A stretch of 64,000 nt of DNA from Pseudovirgaria hyperparasitica. Its lineage: Eukaryota. Within the stretch, counting starts at the first letter, position 1, and each line of letters opens with the position of its first letter. The stretch lies in the NCBI GenBank assembly GCA_010093815.1, contig ML996578.1; one strand, written 5' to 3'. The translations under genes were made by a program, and so were the position numbers. The notes beneath the pieces were generated by a model. That model saw only the letters and a program-made list of their open reading frames with translations. It was not told where the DNA came from and did no database searches. This document shows, piece after piece, positions 1-13,570 of this stretch.

Positions 1-1021
1 AGAGTTTTAGACTGCTTAAGTTGGATTGAATTCGAGCTTTCATCTCACGAGTGTGCATGAGCAGATTTCTTTTGGGCAATCACCGAAATTCGGATAGTCC
101 TATGCTCGACCAAATAGAGCGATCTATGCCATCACAGCTGTTGAAGTCTATGCGACGGCTTGCTGTCAATGCTAGTGAGATAGGACGTGAGGGCACTGTA
201 GTAATCCTGACTAGAGCGTATCCAACACGAGAGGACTGAGTGTTGCACCCCAGACGGATCGAGTCCTATATATAGGGTAAATGTGACCATCATACTCAAC
301 GACATAAGAACCTGAGGTATGTGATAATCTGGAGATAGATGACAATACTCGTAAAGGCGGTGCTACATTGCAAGCAAAGGCATGAATCCTCCTCCCTCCT
401 GAGTAAGCCCCTTTTCCTATGTCTACAACACGATCTCATCCATCGTCGACACTACAAGCTTCCACTTATGCCGGCTGCATATACACCACTAGAACCATGT
501 CCCTTAGACATAATCTATGGAAGTTAGTGGGAACCTGTAGCGTTCACTGTATCATCAAGGGCTTCTTTGACAATATTGTTCATGACACTGTTGAAATCTG
601 CTCTTTTTAGGGTGTATCAGCCGCAAATGCTGATTGACTGTCCACGTTGTGCTTGCCAAAAATTTCCTGAACAGTGAAGTAGAAACGGTCGAAGGCAAGT
701 GATCTTGGGAACCTAATACCTTGACATGTCATATGGACACAGACACATGTTCTTGCGCACATCATCCATTCCAGGAGGCCTGGGATAGTAAGTACGGACC
801 TGTACGACTATGGCCTCGGACAATAATTGCGTAAAGAAGACCTGAATGATTGAATCGAGTTCCAGTTTAAGCTTCCGGACTAATATATGCTACTGTGAAT
901 TGTGAGTCAGAAGTCTATTGAGGGAGATTGCCAGGGCTGTGTAGCCGACAAAAATCGCTCTTCTAGACATCCCGTTATTTGTTGTTCTTCGGAGGACAAT
1001 GCCAACCTTTGTCAAATTCCA

Positions 1022-3416
1022 TTAAGTAGGGAAGTTCCAAATGAAATCCAACGTGCCGTCATCAAGTCTTGGAAATGACTGCAGGCCGTCAAGGCTGAAC
1101 GGCGGTATATTGGTATCAAAAGGCAAAGTCAGCCAGTCGTCCCTCAAAGTCATGTCCGTCAGATCCGGCTGCATGGACGGTATTTGAACCACGCCCATAT
1201 CATCGTCTGTCTGTGTTGTATTCCAGTCATTGTTGACTGTCCTTTCCGCTGATTGTGGGCGACTGTAAAATTTGGGAGGACGAGACGACACCTTGAAGCT
1301 GCGTCGGAGTCTTGTGAGGTGCAACTCAAGTAGCGTGGCGTATCGTGACGCCAGATGCATATCATCGAGAGAACTTGCACGCATACTCTGGATGGCTCGA
1401 CTTATAACACCCAGACTGCTCTGGAGTTTCGTGTTCCACACGCCTAAACTGAGCCCCTTTATGAGGAAGATAGAACTGGACGTGATCCGTAGGAAGACTC
1501 TGACTGGAGCATAGCGTAATGAACCTGATTCGGCGAGACTTATGATTCGCTCTAGAATCTCGCAACTACCATCTACTACCTCTTGGACGAATTCGTAGTC
1601 AGATGCATCGGCTTGTGCAGAGCCTGACTCAGCTTCTGTCATTGTGCGCTCTACAACAGCTTGCATCCCAAGTGAGTTCATATAGACCTTGACGTATTGG
1701 AATTCAATGTTGAGGGTCTCCAAAAAGCAATGACTGAAAGCTGAACAGTATTAGAATCATAAGATGCTGTATATGATCCCTGCTTAACATACTTTGGTTT
1801 TCCAAATGCTTGGATCTCCACTGGTCCAATAATGGCTGAAAGTGTTCCAATAGTGAAATATATTTCCCATTGCTCAGAATCTGTTTTGTATAGACTGGAG
1901 ATGGGAAAAACATGTCCGAAACCGATTTGAGTAATTTCGTTAGATCGATCCAGGCTGTCATGAAAGCCTGCCATTCATCGCCACTTTTAGAAGCCCCTGA
2001 CCGGCGACCCTGCACAGTTTGGTTCAGGCCTTGTGGCACCATTGAGGTGTGTCCAAGACGGGACGATAACTGTTCTGTGTACACATAGAGCAGTTTCTTC
2101 GTTCGCAGGAATCGAGTTGTTGTTCTTTCTGTATATGCTTGAGGCTGGTCTTTCCCTATTGCAAGCTTCTTCTCATCATCAAACACCCCACGCTCGTGAG
2201 CTAGAGTGAGTGCTGTCCCAAGAAGCATCCATGACATTCGATCCGATCGTCTGACAGACTCAATGACGTCATGAAGCCATTTATTGGAGGCAGCAAGGTC
2301 TTCGCAGGGTACCTTAGGTGTAGGTTCTACAACGTTAGTATCGAGCTCCGGGGGTACAAGATCAGCATCCCACCCGTCGATAGCAGGCGGGAAGTGTAAG
2401 ATACGAGGGTGCCATTCCACGATAAGAAGTAGAGCTTCGATAGAGCCGACATTCCTAGTCCGTGGATACTTGCCTTTTTCTTGACCCAGAGTGATTTTCA
2501 TAAGCAGATGTTGCAGATGCTCCCAGAGCCTGTGATGGATGAAATAGCTCCTCGATGCACCTCCTGAGCCCTCGAGTACGTTGTAGCGAGAGGAAATCAT
2601 CAAGATAGTGGTGCAGAGAACGGGTTCCTCTGTGACTAGAATGGGATGATTTTCATGATTTGCGTAGAAGTCGGTCAAAATGGGCGATAGCGGGTGCATG
2701 TGTCTGAAGAACAGCTCTACATAGGTCAAAGCCTCTTCTGCTGAGAAGAGACCCATGCGGACGAAACGACAAGCATTCCAGGTCTTCAGAACTTCGGGGC
2801 TGGACCGCGTTGTTACCAATGAATGTGTGAAGGGAAAGGTAGAAAGACTCGCAGTAGGAGTCTGATATGTAGTGGTCTGCACATTGGTGGCAGAGGTCTC
2901 GTCCTCTGACTGACCTTCGTCCGTACGACTATTTGGGTGTTCTGCCGCCTGAAATAAAATGTCAAGGGCATCTTTACTGTTGGACACAACAGTTCTCATG
3001 ACTGATTTCCTAAAGGAAGTAGCATCCTCGTTGATTCGTGCAGATGCTGCAGGTCGAGATACTGTTGCGGTCCCGGTGTGAGAATCATGGATTTCTGGGC
3101 TGAGATGAAACCGCACGCCTGTAATATCATCTGATTCCCTGTTTGCCGCGTCCGTCACTTCTTCATTTATTTCATCCCGTTTGCGTTTTTTCGTCCAGGA
3201 CCTCTCGTCACTGAAAATACATTCTCTTAACTCCCTGCGACACCGTTGACACGGTGGGCCAGCATCTGGAACATCACATTTGGCCTTCCGTTTTCGACAT
3301 GGAATGCAAGCCTTGTACGCCCGCTGAAACTCTTTTTGGCCGGACGTAGATCGTGCCTTATTCGTAGACTCCACCGACTGGGCTACATGTGTTGCGTCCG
3401 GCGAGGCCTGAGACAT
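1022..3416 (-). CDS. Zn(II)2Cys6 fungal transcription factor, Aro80-like (2 exons, intron 1741-1792)
   Basis: N-terminal CIPCRKRKAKC..PPCQRCRRELREC binuclear cluster and a fungal TF middle region. A GTATGT..CAG intron joins ORFs 1704-3416 and 1022-1723 in frame (..NQ/TFSHCFLETLNIEF..). Confidence 0.85.
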
Positions 3417-3821
3417 ATTGTACGAACCTCACGCATTGGATTCAGGGCAGGTTATTGAAGGAATGTCGCGGAGATTCGAAGTCAAGCGAGAGGAGAAAAG
3501 CTAGGGTATATTTTACCATTACGAAATTGTCATCATATTATTGCCACTATGATAACCAGAAAAATTAAGCGATATTTGCAAACTCCAATTGATCGCGGAA
3601 AGCAACGGCCGCGGCTAGCTAAGGGCGCCAAGCCCTCCAGCTCCAAAATTACATAACTAGGTATCATCACAGGAAGACTAATAAGCAGAGAGTTGTAATG
3701 CCATGAAACTAAGGTCGATAGCATCGCGCGAGATCGGTGATTCTAAAGTCATTATCAAATAGTGAATGGCCATTATGATATATTTAGTTCGCGATGGTGA
3801 TATTGGTAGACAGATATTTGC

Positions 3822-4832
3822 TTATTGCTCACCAGACTTATTCTGGTCCTGATCTACCTGCTTTCCTTTCTTAAACCGAGCTTCTGCTGCTCTCGCAATA
3901 ACCTCTCGTCGGCTCATTTGTCCTGTCTCGACATCAACGTTACTGTCTTTCTCCTCCCCTCGGCCAAGCACAAATTCACCGCCCGCCCAACCACCTTCGT
4001 CAATATGATCCTCGCTTGAGCCTGGCTCGGGTTCGTAGAAGGCATCGTTCGTAAGTGCTTGACCACCACTCTTCCAGTCTGCTTTGCTGACCTCCTTTTC
4101 TATCTCCCTGCATAGCTTCCAGAACTTCTGGTCATGCGGTCCATGGACGTTGTGAGCAAGCTCATGGCAAAGTGTGTTACGGATTGTCTTATAGTCCCTA
4201 TAACCGTCCATCGCATCAGTACGTAGCCTCAATTCTATCACTTCGCCTTTATTTCTGTTCAAGCCCAGTGTCCGTGACACCCCTTCATGCGACGCAGACG
4301 TGTGTGCCGCTGGATCCATCTCCGTGAGCAAAGGAACAGAGAACTTGTGGTTGCGCATTGCCGCTCGAATCCCAGGGTCATCGCGCAAACGCTCCAAAAA
4401 TGCAAGCGACCGTTCGGGATGTGGAAATTGTGGGAGAGGACGGAGAGTGTGGAAAGTGTACTCGGCATCCTCCCTTACACGTTGCCAATCACGCGTTCGA
4501 ACGGGCTTTGCAGAAGATATCGGGGAGGCCTTTCGAGGTCTCGTCGCCTCTGAGATTGATGCTGCCAGTCTTGAGAGCTCCTCATGCGTAGGAGCGAGTA
4601 ATGTGATTTTTCGGTTCACAAGAGAGCGGAGTGGTAATGAAGGGTCTTTGAACGGAACGCGCTGGAGGCCAAGTTTCGGCACTAGTAGTTTTTGATGAGA
4701 CTGAGGTATCCCGAGCTCTTCGTGAATTCGGTCAGAGAGGTCTATGAGTGTCGCATTGCTGGGGAACGAGTATGCATGAGGCTTGCCATGATGTATGACT
4801 GTGAGGATGACGCAAGACTCTTCAGACATCAT
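3822..4832 (-). CDS. Ubiquitin-like + WLM (Wss1-family) zinc metalloprotease
   Basis: N-terminal UBL-like segment, LGLNRNKGEVIELRLR and the HELAH zincin motif, and a C-terminal VIM-like motif R-x5-AA-x2-R (RREVIARAAEAR). Confidence 0.88.
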   Translation of the reverse strand: MMSEESCVILTVIHHGKPHAYSFPSNATLIDLSDRIHEELGIPQSHQKLLVPKLGLQRVPFKDPSLPLRSLVNRKITLLAPTHEELSRLAASISEATRPRKASPISSAKPVRTRDWQRVREDAEYTFHTLRPLPQFPHPERSLAFLERLRDDPGIRAAMRNHKFSVPLLTEMDPAAHTSASHEGVSRTLGLNRNKGEVIELRLRTDAMDGYRDYKTIRNTLCHELAHNVHGPHDQKFWKLCREIEKEVSKADWKSGGQALTNDAFYEPEPGSSEDHIDEGGWAGGEFVLGRGEEKDSNVDVETGQMSRREVIARAAEARFKKGKQVDQDQNKSGEQ

Positions 4833-5194
4833 AGAATCGGGAGAAAACTGTACGGTAATCTTCGCTAGAATTTGGTGTTAGTTGCTAGCAGTATGAAGTT
4901 TGGAGACGACTTGAACACAAGCAGTATGCGCGGAGTGTGCACTAGAGACGTGTATGTAGTGATTGAGGCAAAGTTCTCAATTCAGTCAAAAATTATATCC
5001 AAGGAATGGATTATTGACCTACGTCGGGTCGAAAGTAATCGATCATCGGTGTTTGTAAGCAAACTCCGCGGTATCACCTAGCTTCGCCTAAACTTGCCAG
5101 ACATCAGCGGGATCCTAACATGGTGGATAATAGCCATTCTCGCGCAAGCTGGCAAATTATCCACTTGGAACATTTTCACTTCTAGAGCCTCGAC

Positions 5195-6074
5195 ATGCCA
5201 GCCCTTAACATGGAACAACAGCATGCTCCTGATGAAGTCAGAGTATTAGAACAGCTTCGCGCCCAGCTTCATACCTTGTGCGGAGCTTCACATACCATGA
5301 TCATGAAATTGCAATACGGCACGGATCAAGACTCCCTACCGCCATGGTATATCGCATGAGGCCTAAGTTAAGGCATATGTCACAGCTAACAAAGTCAGGC
5401 CTGTTGTGCAATCTTCGATCAATGATATCGCTCGGAACCTCCAGACGATCCAGACGATCATGGCCAGCTCCGTACGGTCCAAAAACGCGGATTCCAACGA
5501 GTCCAAGGAGTCAAATATAGACTTTCTTCAGTCCGCGCATGTTCATACGCTTCCAAACTTCCCAGCCTCTGCGCAGCGAGACTTGTTGTATACTATGTTG
5601 CGGAAAAAGCTGGATAATCCTGTCGAAGATTGGTTCTCTGATATCACAAATACCACCAATTCGGTGTCGGATGAAAACCTCGATAACGTACAGCTACGTG
5701 AACTTTGGAACTGGGCTCCCGTAAAAAGTAATAAGATTGCGAGGACGCAGCTGGGCCTAATTGGCGTGGACGAGAGTGAAGACGAGGGCGAAACTGAGGA
5801 TGAGAATGGGGACGAAGATGAAGACCACTTCGAAGATAGCTTGGAGGATGGCAAGGTGACTGAAGCCAAAGAAGACAAGATGCAGGGGGTGCAGACTGAA
5901 GATAGGCGGGGAAGCGATATGCTACAAGAACAACAACAGAGGAGAGCCAGTATAGCTGAACACGAGCCAGGCATACATGCGAGGAAGATGATGGACCTGA
6001 TCCAGATTTTGCCATTCTCTCTGACCGGTACTCTTGGTAGCGCGCCCTCTATGCCGACCTTGTCAAGAAAGTGA
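5195..6074 (+). CDS. MED8: Mediator subunit Med8 (intron 5347-5398)
   Basis: Spliced product MPALNME..LEQLRAQL..LPPW/PVVQS..LPNFP..LLYTMLRKKLDNPVEDW matches fungal Med8 motifs, followed by an acidic C-terminal tract. Confidence 0.75.
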
Positions 6075-6884
6075 TGCACGATATGGTTCAGGTATTGCTC
6101 GGGACACAAACTACATGACCAAGTTTAGAAAGCGCTAACCTCAGAATCGTCCTACGATCAAAAGATCAACCGGGCATCTGAGCTATCAACGGCGCTAACA
6201 CCTGCATCTTGAATCCGGAGCCTTATTCGGCTAACCCGATAACCATGTCTGATAGCTCATGACCGGGCGATTGAGGCTGCCTATGGCGAGGGAGAATGCA
6301 TCCGACCCGGGCTTTCTTCCTCGGATAGAATAATAGTAGTGAAGACAGGCACGCTTGAACGAGTCTGGTTCTACCTAAGATTGATTCAATCATGGATGGC
6401 GTTGCCGAACACAGTTAGCGGGGCCAGGATAAATGTTTCTACATAGCTGTAGCTGGCATACATTAGATGACTACTAATACTAGACACGCAACTGTAACAC
6501 CTGCGATACAGCAGCGTCGCATCAATGGTTTCTTCCGAGGGCTCTTTACCAGTTCAACCATGATTATGATAGCCCCGCACTAGATTAGCCGGAAACAGCT
6601 GTCCTGTCCGACGAATGAATATCCACAACTAGATCTTATCTTTGGCGAGCTCTGGAGCATGCTCTCCACCCTTACATTCAGCTGTAATATGCCGGTTGTC
6701 TCGAACCAGCAGTAGTCGGCTTAGGTCTTTGAACAGAAACATGTACGGTGGTGTGCGGGCTTCGAAGCTTTCAGGATGTACTCTGTATAAAACCCTTTTT
6801 CCTTCCCCTCACTCGACGAGAGGCCTGCTCCAACTTTTCCCCTCCTGTATAAGTCCCATCTTGAACTTTCGTCGTTTTTGCAGC

Positions 6885-8440
6885 ATGCCACAACTCACAG
6901 TACAGCTTAAAACACCCAATGGAGTCTCATACACCCAGCCCATCGGCTTGTTCATCGGTAATGAATGGCACGCCGCCAAGTCAGGCGAAAAGATCACATC
7001 CATAAACCCAACAGACGAGACCGAAATTGCAACGGTAGAAGCAGCAGGACCCGAAGACGTTGACATAGCCGTAGCTGCAGCTCGTAAGGCTTTCAAAGAC
7101 CCATCATGGAGAGACATCGGCGGCACAGAGCGAGGAAAGCTGATGCACAAGCTTGCCACCATAATCGAAAGAGAAAAAGAAACCCTGGCAGCCATAGAGA
7201 CCTGGGACAACGGCAAGCCATACAGCGCATCACTTAACGAGGACTTAGCAGAGGTCACCGGTGCACTAAATTACTATGCTGGATATGCCGACAAATTACA
7301 CGGACAAGTCATCGAGACTACCCCTGCGAAGCTCGCATACACCATTAGAGAGCCAATCGGCGTGTGTGGCCAGATCATTCCATGGAATTATCCGCTTGTA
7401 AGTGAATAGAGTTCCACGTACTGGTGATATGTCTAAGAGGAGCATAGGCCATGGCAGCCTGGAAACTTGGCCCAGCTCTTGCTTCTGGAAACACCGTCGT
7501 CCTAAAGGCTGCCGAGCAGACACCTCTGAGCATATTGTACCTTGCAAATCTCATTAAGGAAGCCGGGTTTCCTCCCGGGGTTGTCAATATTCTTAATGGC
7601 TATGGTAAGTCGGCTGGAGCAGCGCTAGCTAGCCACTTGGATGTCGACAAGATCGCCTTTACTGGTAGCACCAATACTGGTCGAGAAATCATGAAAATGG
7701 CTGCCGTGAATTTGAAGAACATAACTCTAGAGACAGGGGGTAAGTCTCCTCTTCTGGTCTTTGATGACGCGGATCTGGATCAGGCTGTAAAGTGGAGTCA
7801 TATCGGCATCATGTCGAATCAGGGGCAAATATGCACAGCAACATCGCGAATATTGGTTCAGGATGGAGTGTACGATTCGTTCATCAAAGCCTTCAAGGAC
7901 CATGTGGTGAATACCAGCAAGGTCGGAGACCCCTTCGAAGATAGCACTTTCCAAGGTCCTCAAGTTACCAAAGCACAGTTCGACCGGGTACTGTCCTACA
8001 TTGAGACTGGAAAATCTGAAGGCGCAACGCTTGCCACAGGTGGGGAGGCTTACAAGAATGTAAACGGCAAAGGCTTCTTCATCTCTCCCACCGTCTTCAC
8101 TGATGTCAAAAATACTATGAAGATATTCAGAGAAGAGGTGTTCGGACCATTTGTGGTCATCAGCTCATTCGAGACGGAAGAAGAGGCTGTTGCTATAGCG
8201 AATGATACCACGTATGGTCTAGGTAGTGCAGTGTTCACAAAGGACATTGTCAAGGCTCATCGAGTAGCACGGAATATCGAGGCCGGCATGGTATGGATCA
8301 ATTCGAGCAACGACTCTGACTTTCGAGTACCATTTGGCGGCGTAAAGCAGTCCGGGATAGGACGTGAGCTTGGGGAAGCAGGACTCGATTCTTATACCAA
8401 CAAGAAGGCCATTCATGTTAATCTCGGCTCGTGGCTGTGA
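6885..8440 (+). CDS. NAD(P)+-dependent aldehyde dehydrogenase (intron 7398-7447)
   Basis: Motifs IIPWNYPL, AFTGST, LETGGKSP, NQGQIC (catalytic Cys), EEVFGP and PFGGVKQSGIGRE. Confidence 0.95.
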
Positions 8441-10756
8441 GAATGTTGAGGAAAACCGCGTGTTTGCACTGTAAGGCAGTACATAGCACGCCTTGATGTT
8501 TCAGTGACTATGTAAGAAAAAGAAAACATAAGACCGTACATTAACGTATCTGAATACGACATGCCTGCTAATGCCAGGACAATGCAGGCAGCTTAGAGCG
8601 CCTCGTACACGATTACAATTCATGATAGCCTTGGACTTCCTCCTCCCGCTACACATATACAACAGCGATTTGCCACAAGAGGAGGTCTAAACAGGTTTTG
8701 TATCTGGCTTCCTAAAGTCGTGCAGATATCGTCCAAAGATAAGAAAGTTGCAGGTCTCCGGCAGGGGTGCGTGCATAGATATAGCCTTATCTCCTCAGCG
8801 CTATGTCAAAGCATTGGTAAAGTGGTCGACGTCAGTCGACCGGTGAACGGTATAATTATTCAAAAATACCACATCTCTCCCCCTGTTCGTCCTTCTAGTC
8901 ACATACACTTGACACGTTCCACTTTCCCGTCTAGGCAACGCACCTACATATGCGCTCGGACGTGGAGAGGTTCTTAATTGGCCGGAGCTGTCGACTGTCC
9001 CTAAAGATAGTACAGCTTTTTGTATGTCCGAATATCGATTGAACCAATACAAAAGGATTAATAGTACTTTAGAAGCTGGTTGTGAGGCACTAGAGATGAG
9101 GCTAATGTTGGCTACGCTCTTACCAGAGACTGCACACAGCTGAAAAAGCGAGTGTCATTAAATTGCATACGCGCGTGCCATCACCGGAACACCATAAACG
9201 CTCAACAAAGTGTATTGATCGACAGTAGTAAATGGCCGAGACGGCTTATCGAACATTCCGACGACCTGGTGTACGGAGACAGCCAAGACCGACGTGCCGA
9301 GAGCACAGAAGCTGGGCAAAGATGCATGGATTCAAGTGAATAGATAACCAGTCAGGTGGACGACGATAAAAGACAAGTCGATTCGGCGTAGTCTGCTGAG
9401 CTGTCTGGCTAATCGACCCTCTAGTTGGCGAACCTGCCGCTGACTTCAGCAAGCTCGCGTTGGTGTGATAATACGGCGTGACAGAGGATCTTCATGCACA
9501 GTCAGCAAGCGAGGTGTCTAGTAATTCAACCTCGATAGCACGACTGGGTAATCAATAGGATAGTAAGATATGCTGACAGCATAGCTGAATAACCGGATGA
9601 TAGGGCGAGCCCGGAAAGAAAGATGAACATATATATATAGAGAGAGAGAGAGAAAGTGGGAGCAAGAGGGAGAGGGAGAAAGGGAGCTACTTAAGAGCAG
9701 CAGCGGCGGAGAGATGCAGGACGCACTGACAACGGGGCTATTCACGCGCTCTATGCCCGCCCCATGCCACCACTGCGTGGCGTATAAGCAAAAAGTGTAG
9801 CGTGGTAGCCGCCTAAGAGGCAGCCTGCAGCCCCGTTCGCTGCTGCCAAACAGCCCAGGCCTTGCCGCTGCGTGCCAAGTAAATCCTGGGCGTTCGCATC
9901 CTCTTCTGCGGCCTGCCCATCCAGTTCTCTCCACCCAGAAGATCCTATCCTCTCAAAGCTTCTTCACAATCCGAAGCCAAAGTCTTGCTCATTCTCTCAA
10001 GTGGTATACCAGCCATTCTCTGCTTTCACTTTTACTTCCGCTTCCCATCCCAGCGTTCTTTCCGCTTACCTCTTTACATCCTATCGTAAGCTACGTGCCC
10101 CACGAAGTACGTACCGTCCACCGCCGTCTCCCACTTCATCATCGCTCACGATTCACCATCGACAAGCCCAAATTCTACCGCGCGCAGTTGCCCCCCAAAC
10201 TCTCAGAGTACCCTCTGTGCGACCATATCCTCGAAGCTCATTACTTCATTTATGACAGCTTCTGCGTTGCGCAGTCAAGCTCCCCGCAGACTTCTCAACA
10301 CCTGTCAAACGCCTGCCACTGCAGCATCTTCAGTCTCGAGCCACTGAACAGTAACTACAATTAAGCAAAACCCGAGGAAGTCTACGATCTGGCTCAAGTA
10401 AGGCGAGAACCATTTCCCTCTGCCTATCCTCCCTCCCGAAAGTCCTTCCTGGACTGTCCATGCGCCACGATAACCACCGCCACCGGTGAGGCTTGCTTCC
10501 TATCGTTTCTATCACGACTATACAGGCCACCATAACACGTCTCTACTATATCGGACATCCCTGCCATTTTCGAACAACTGTTCACGAGAATTCCTTCCTC
10601 ATACTACCATTCACAAGCACTGTCGATTCTTCCTTGAGCCGCCTAGCTTCGCACTTTCTGCGACTGCACATCCCAACATTGTTATCGCTCCACATAACTT
10701 CGTATCTGTTAGTCAATACCGTCGTAGGATATCATACTTCCCTTATCTGAGTCACT

Positions 10757-12509
10757 ATGGGCAACCAACCCTCGAAAGGAGACAAGAAGGGCGGAGAGGA
10801 AGGTATGGCCACACCAATAGACAGGGCGAACTACCCCTCGTTCAGCAAAAGCGACACGAAAGAATCCTCCCGCTCTTTCAGAAATTCTATCAGGAGTAAG
10901 ATTCCTGGAAAGATAGCAAGCCCGCGAGCTTCTACCACCGACCTCCAAGATTCTGGGCAAAGCAGCGGTCCTGATAGATCAGACACAGCTTCTGTCACTA
11001 GCGGAAAGTCTAGCAGAAAGTCACACCGCGGCTCTTCCTCTTCATTGAAACAGGATTTAAGTGCCGATGAGCTCGATGGTTCACGAGCTGGGGATGACGA
11101 TCCTCAACGCCCACCTTCGCCCACACAATCCCACTCTTTGGGACATGGCCATAACGCCGTCGATCAAGCGAAGCGTTCGGGCGAAGTAGACCAAGTCTCA
11201 GAGGCACCCCCCAGTGGAGTGCGTCCTCCGTCAACCGCCCAGCAACAACCAAAACAATCAATCCTCCAAAAGAAAGACCAGCCTATCCCAAGAGCGCCAG
11301 AGTCTTCTTCGAAGGATACAACGCCAGCACCGATGGAGCTAGCCTCCTTAAAGTCAATAGACCTCGATGATATGATCGCAAGATTGCTAGACGCGGCCTA
11401 TGCTGCAAAAGTCACGAAGACAGTCTGCCTGAAGAATGCTGAGATATTTGCTATCTGTACGGCTGCACGCGAGATGTTTCTATCGCAGCCTGCTTTGTTA
11501 GAGCTTGACGCACCTGTCAAGATAGTAGGAGACGTGCACGGTCAATATACCGATCTCATTCGTATGTTCGAAATGTGCGGGTTCCCACCAAGTTCGAATT
11601 ATCTGTTCCTTGGCGATTATGTTGATCGCGGCAAACAAAGCTTGGAGACCATACTACTGCTCTTGTGCTACAAACTCAAGTTTCCGGAGAACTTCTTCTT
11701 ATTACGAGGGAATCATGAATGTGCTAACGTGACTCGAGTCTACGGCTTCTACGACGAGTGCAAGCGGAGATGCACCGTCAAAGTCTGGAAAGCCTTTATC
11801 GATACTTTCAATTGCTTGCCAATTGCCTCTATCGTAGCCGGGAAGATTTTCTGTGTTCATGGAGGCCTGTCCCCTAGTTTGTCTCACATGGACGACATTC
11901 GACAGATCGCCCGACCAACCGATGTTCCGGATTATGGCCTACTGAACGACCTGTTGTGGAGTGATCCGGCTGATATGGAGACCGATTGGGAGAGCAACGA
12001 GAGAGGTGTTAGCTACTGCTTTGGGAAAAAAGTCATAATGGAGTTTTTGCAGCGACACGATTTCGATCTCGTCTGTCGTGCCCACATGGTCGTTGAAGAT
12101 GGTTATGAGTTCTTCAACGACCGCATCTTGGTAACTGTATTCTCTGCGCCGAACGTATGTCATATCTCTCCTATCGATAAGACTTTGGCTAACATCGTTG
12201 AGCAGTATTGTGGTGAATTCGATAATTGGGGGGCTGTGATGTCAGTATCAGGAGAATTGCTCTGCAGTTTTGAACTCCTCAAGCCTCTCGATTCGAGTGC
12301 ATTAAAGAGTCATATCAAGAAGGGGAGAAATAAACGTCAAAGCATGCTGAACAGCCCAGTACGTACAAAGTCCGCAGAGACGGTTGACTCGGTGTTGGAT
12401 TCAACTAGTCATGAATTCAACTTCGAGCAACGCGATCTTGTAAGGCACCATGTATTATATCACTAACATCGCGCTACAGCCGGCGAACCAGTATCCTCAA
12501 AGCTACTAA
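10757..12509 (+). CDS. PPZ1: Ser/Thr protein phosphatase PP-Z (introns 12155-12205 and 12359-12479)
   Basis: MGNQPS myristoylation start, Ser-rich N-terminal extension, PPP motifs GDVHGQ, GDYVDRG, LRGNHE and SAPN/YCGEFDN. Last exon PANQYPQSY*. Confidence 0.93.
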
Positions 12510-13570
12510 CCTTCCGTGTGACAGGATATCGGGGACGCAAGGGAAGGCAGCAACATCATCTTCAGGCAACCCCCGAAAGACTCACCTAGAATGCGCACTA
12601 CATCACGAGTCACCCTTAAGCGTTACAATCAACACGGGGGGACTCCACAGAGGATAAATTTACGGAAGACAATTCTCGAACAGACGTCGCGCGTGCCAGA
12701 CGATAACGCGCGATTCCGAGTAGCTAGACCAAGGAAGAGATCCGTTGTTATCACGTCATCTGCCGAAACTCTTCTCGAAGACTTAGCTCGCAACAGGTCG
12801 ATAGACAGAACAGAAACAGATAACAGCACGACAACAGACCTTTCAGAATATCGTACGAAACTGGACTGGTGGTTATCAAAGGTTCCTCGGCTTCCGTCAT
12901 CTTCAAACGACGACTAGACAAACTGAGGGTCATTTACGAAATTTCCACACCAGGAGTTGGGGAGTGTACGCTGATGCAATTAGTGCCTCATGTGCGCAGT
13001 TGTTTGGCATTTTTTGTCTATCTCCACATCGGCGTTCAATACGGTAGATACTTGGTCACACATTGTCGTGCGTCCAATATGGGTTCCTCTTTTATCTATT
13101 CATCAGCGGTGGTTTAGTGTACAAGTTTGGAGGTAACAAATATGCCAAGCTTTACTCTAGAAGTTGCAAACAATAGTAATATCTTGAGCACACTTACCTG
13201 TTCCAATACGGCGCATCAATACTCATTCAAACTCCATTATCTCAATCTTTTCCAAACGTAAATAACGTGCAATCGCTACGTGTAACACATGTTGTTGAAG
13301 ACAGCCTAGCACGTGATTGGCTCGCTTATGACCGCCGGAATTCCGCCCACTCAAGTTCTGAAAATCGTTCTGTCAAGCTCATCGCACGACGACGACCAAC
13401 TTGCTGCGCGCACTCGAGAACGTAAGTATTCGTTCAAGATACACTCACCTAGCGAACACTTCAGAGCTACTATACCATACAAGTTTCAAAAAGGACTGCG
13501 CGTTTGACTAACCTTTCATCTGATCACAGCGCCCCACCTCGACAACCCAGCAAAATCACAAATCGCGAAT

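Noticed and set aside
6642..6884. N-terminal extension of the ALDH ORF from an upstream TTG
   Set aside because: It spans TATA-like and leader sequence; the ATG at 6885 gives a normal-length enzyme.
9500..10750. Several overlapping 60-140 aa ORFs upstream of PPZ1
   Set aside because: Low-complexity pyrimidine-rich promoter/5' leader with no protein motifs.
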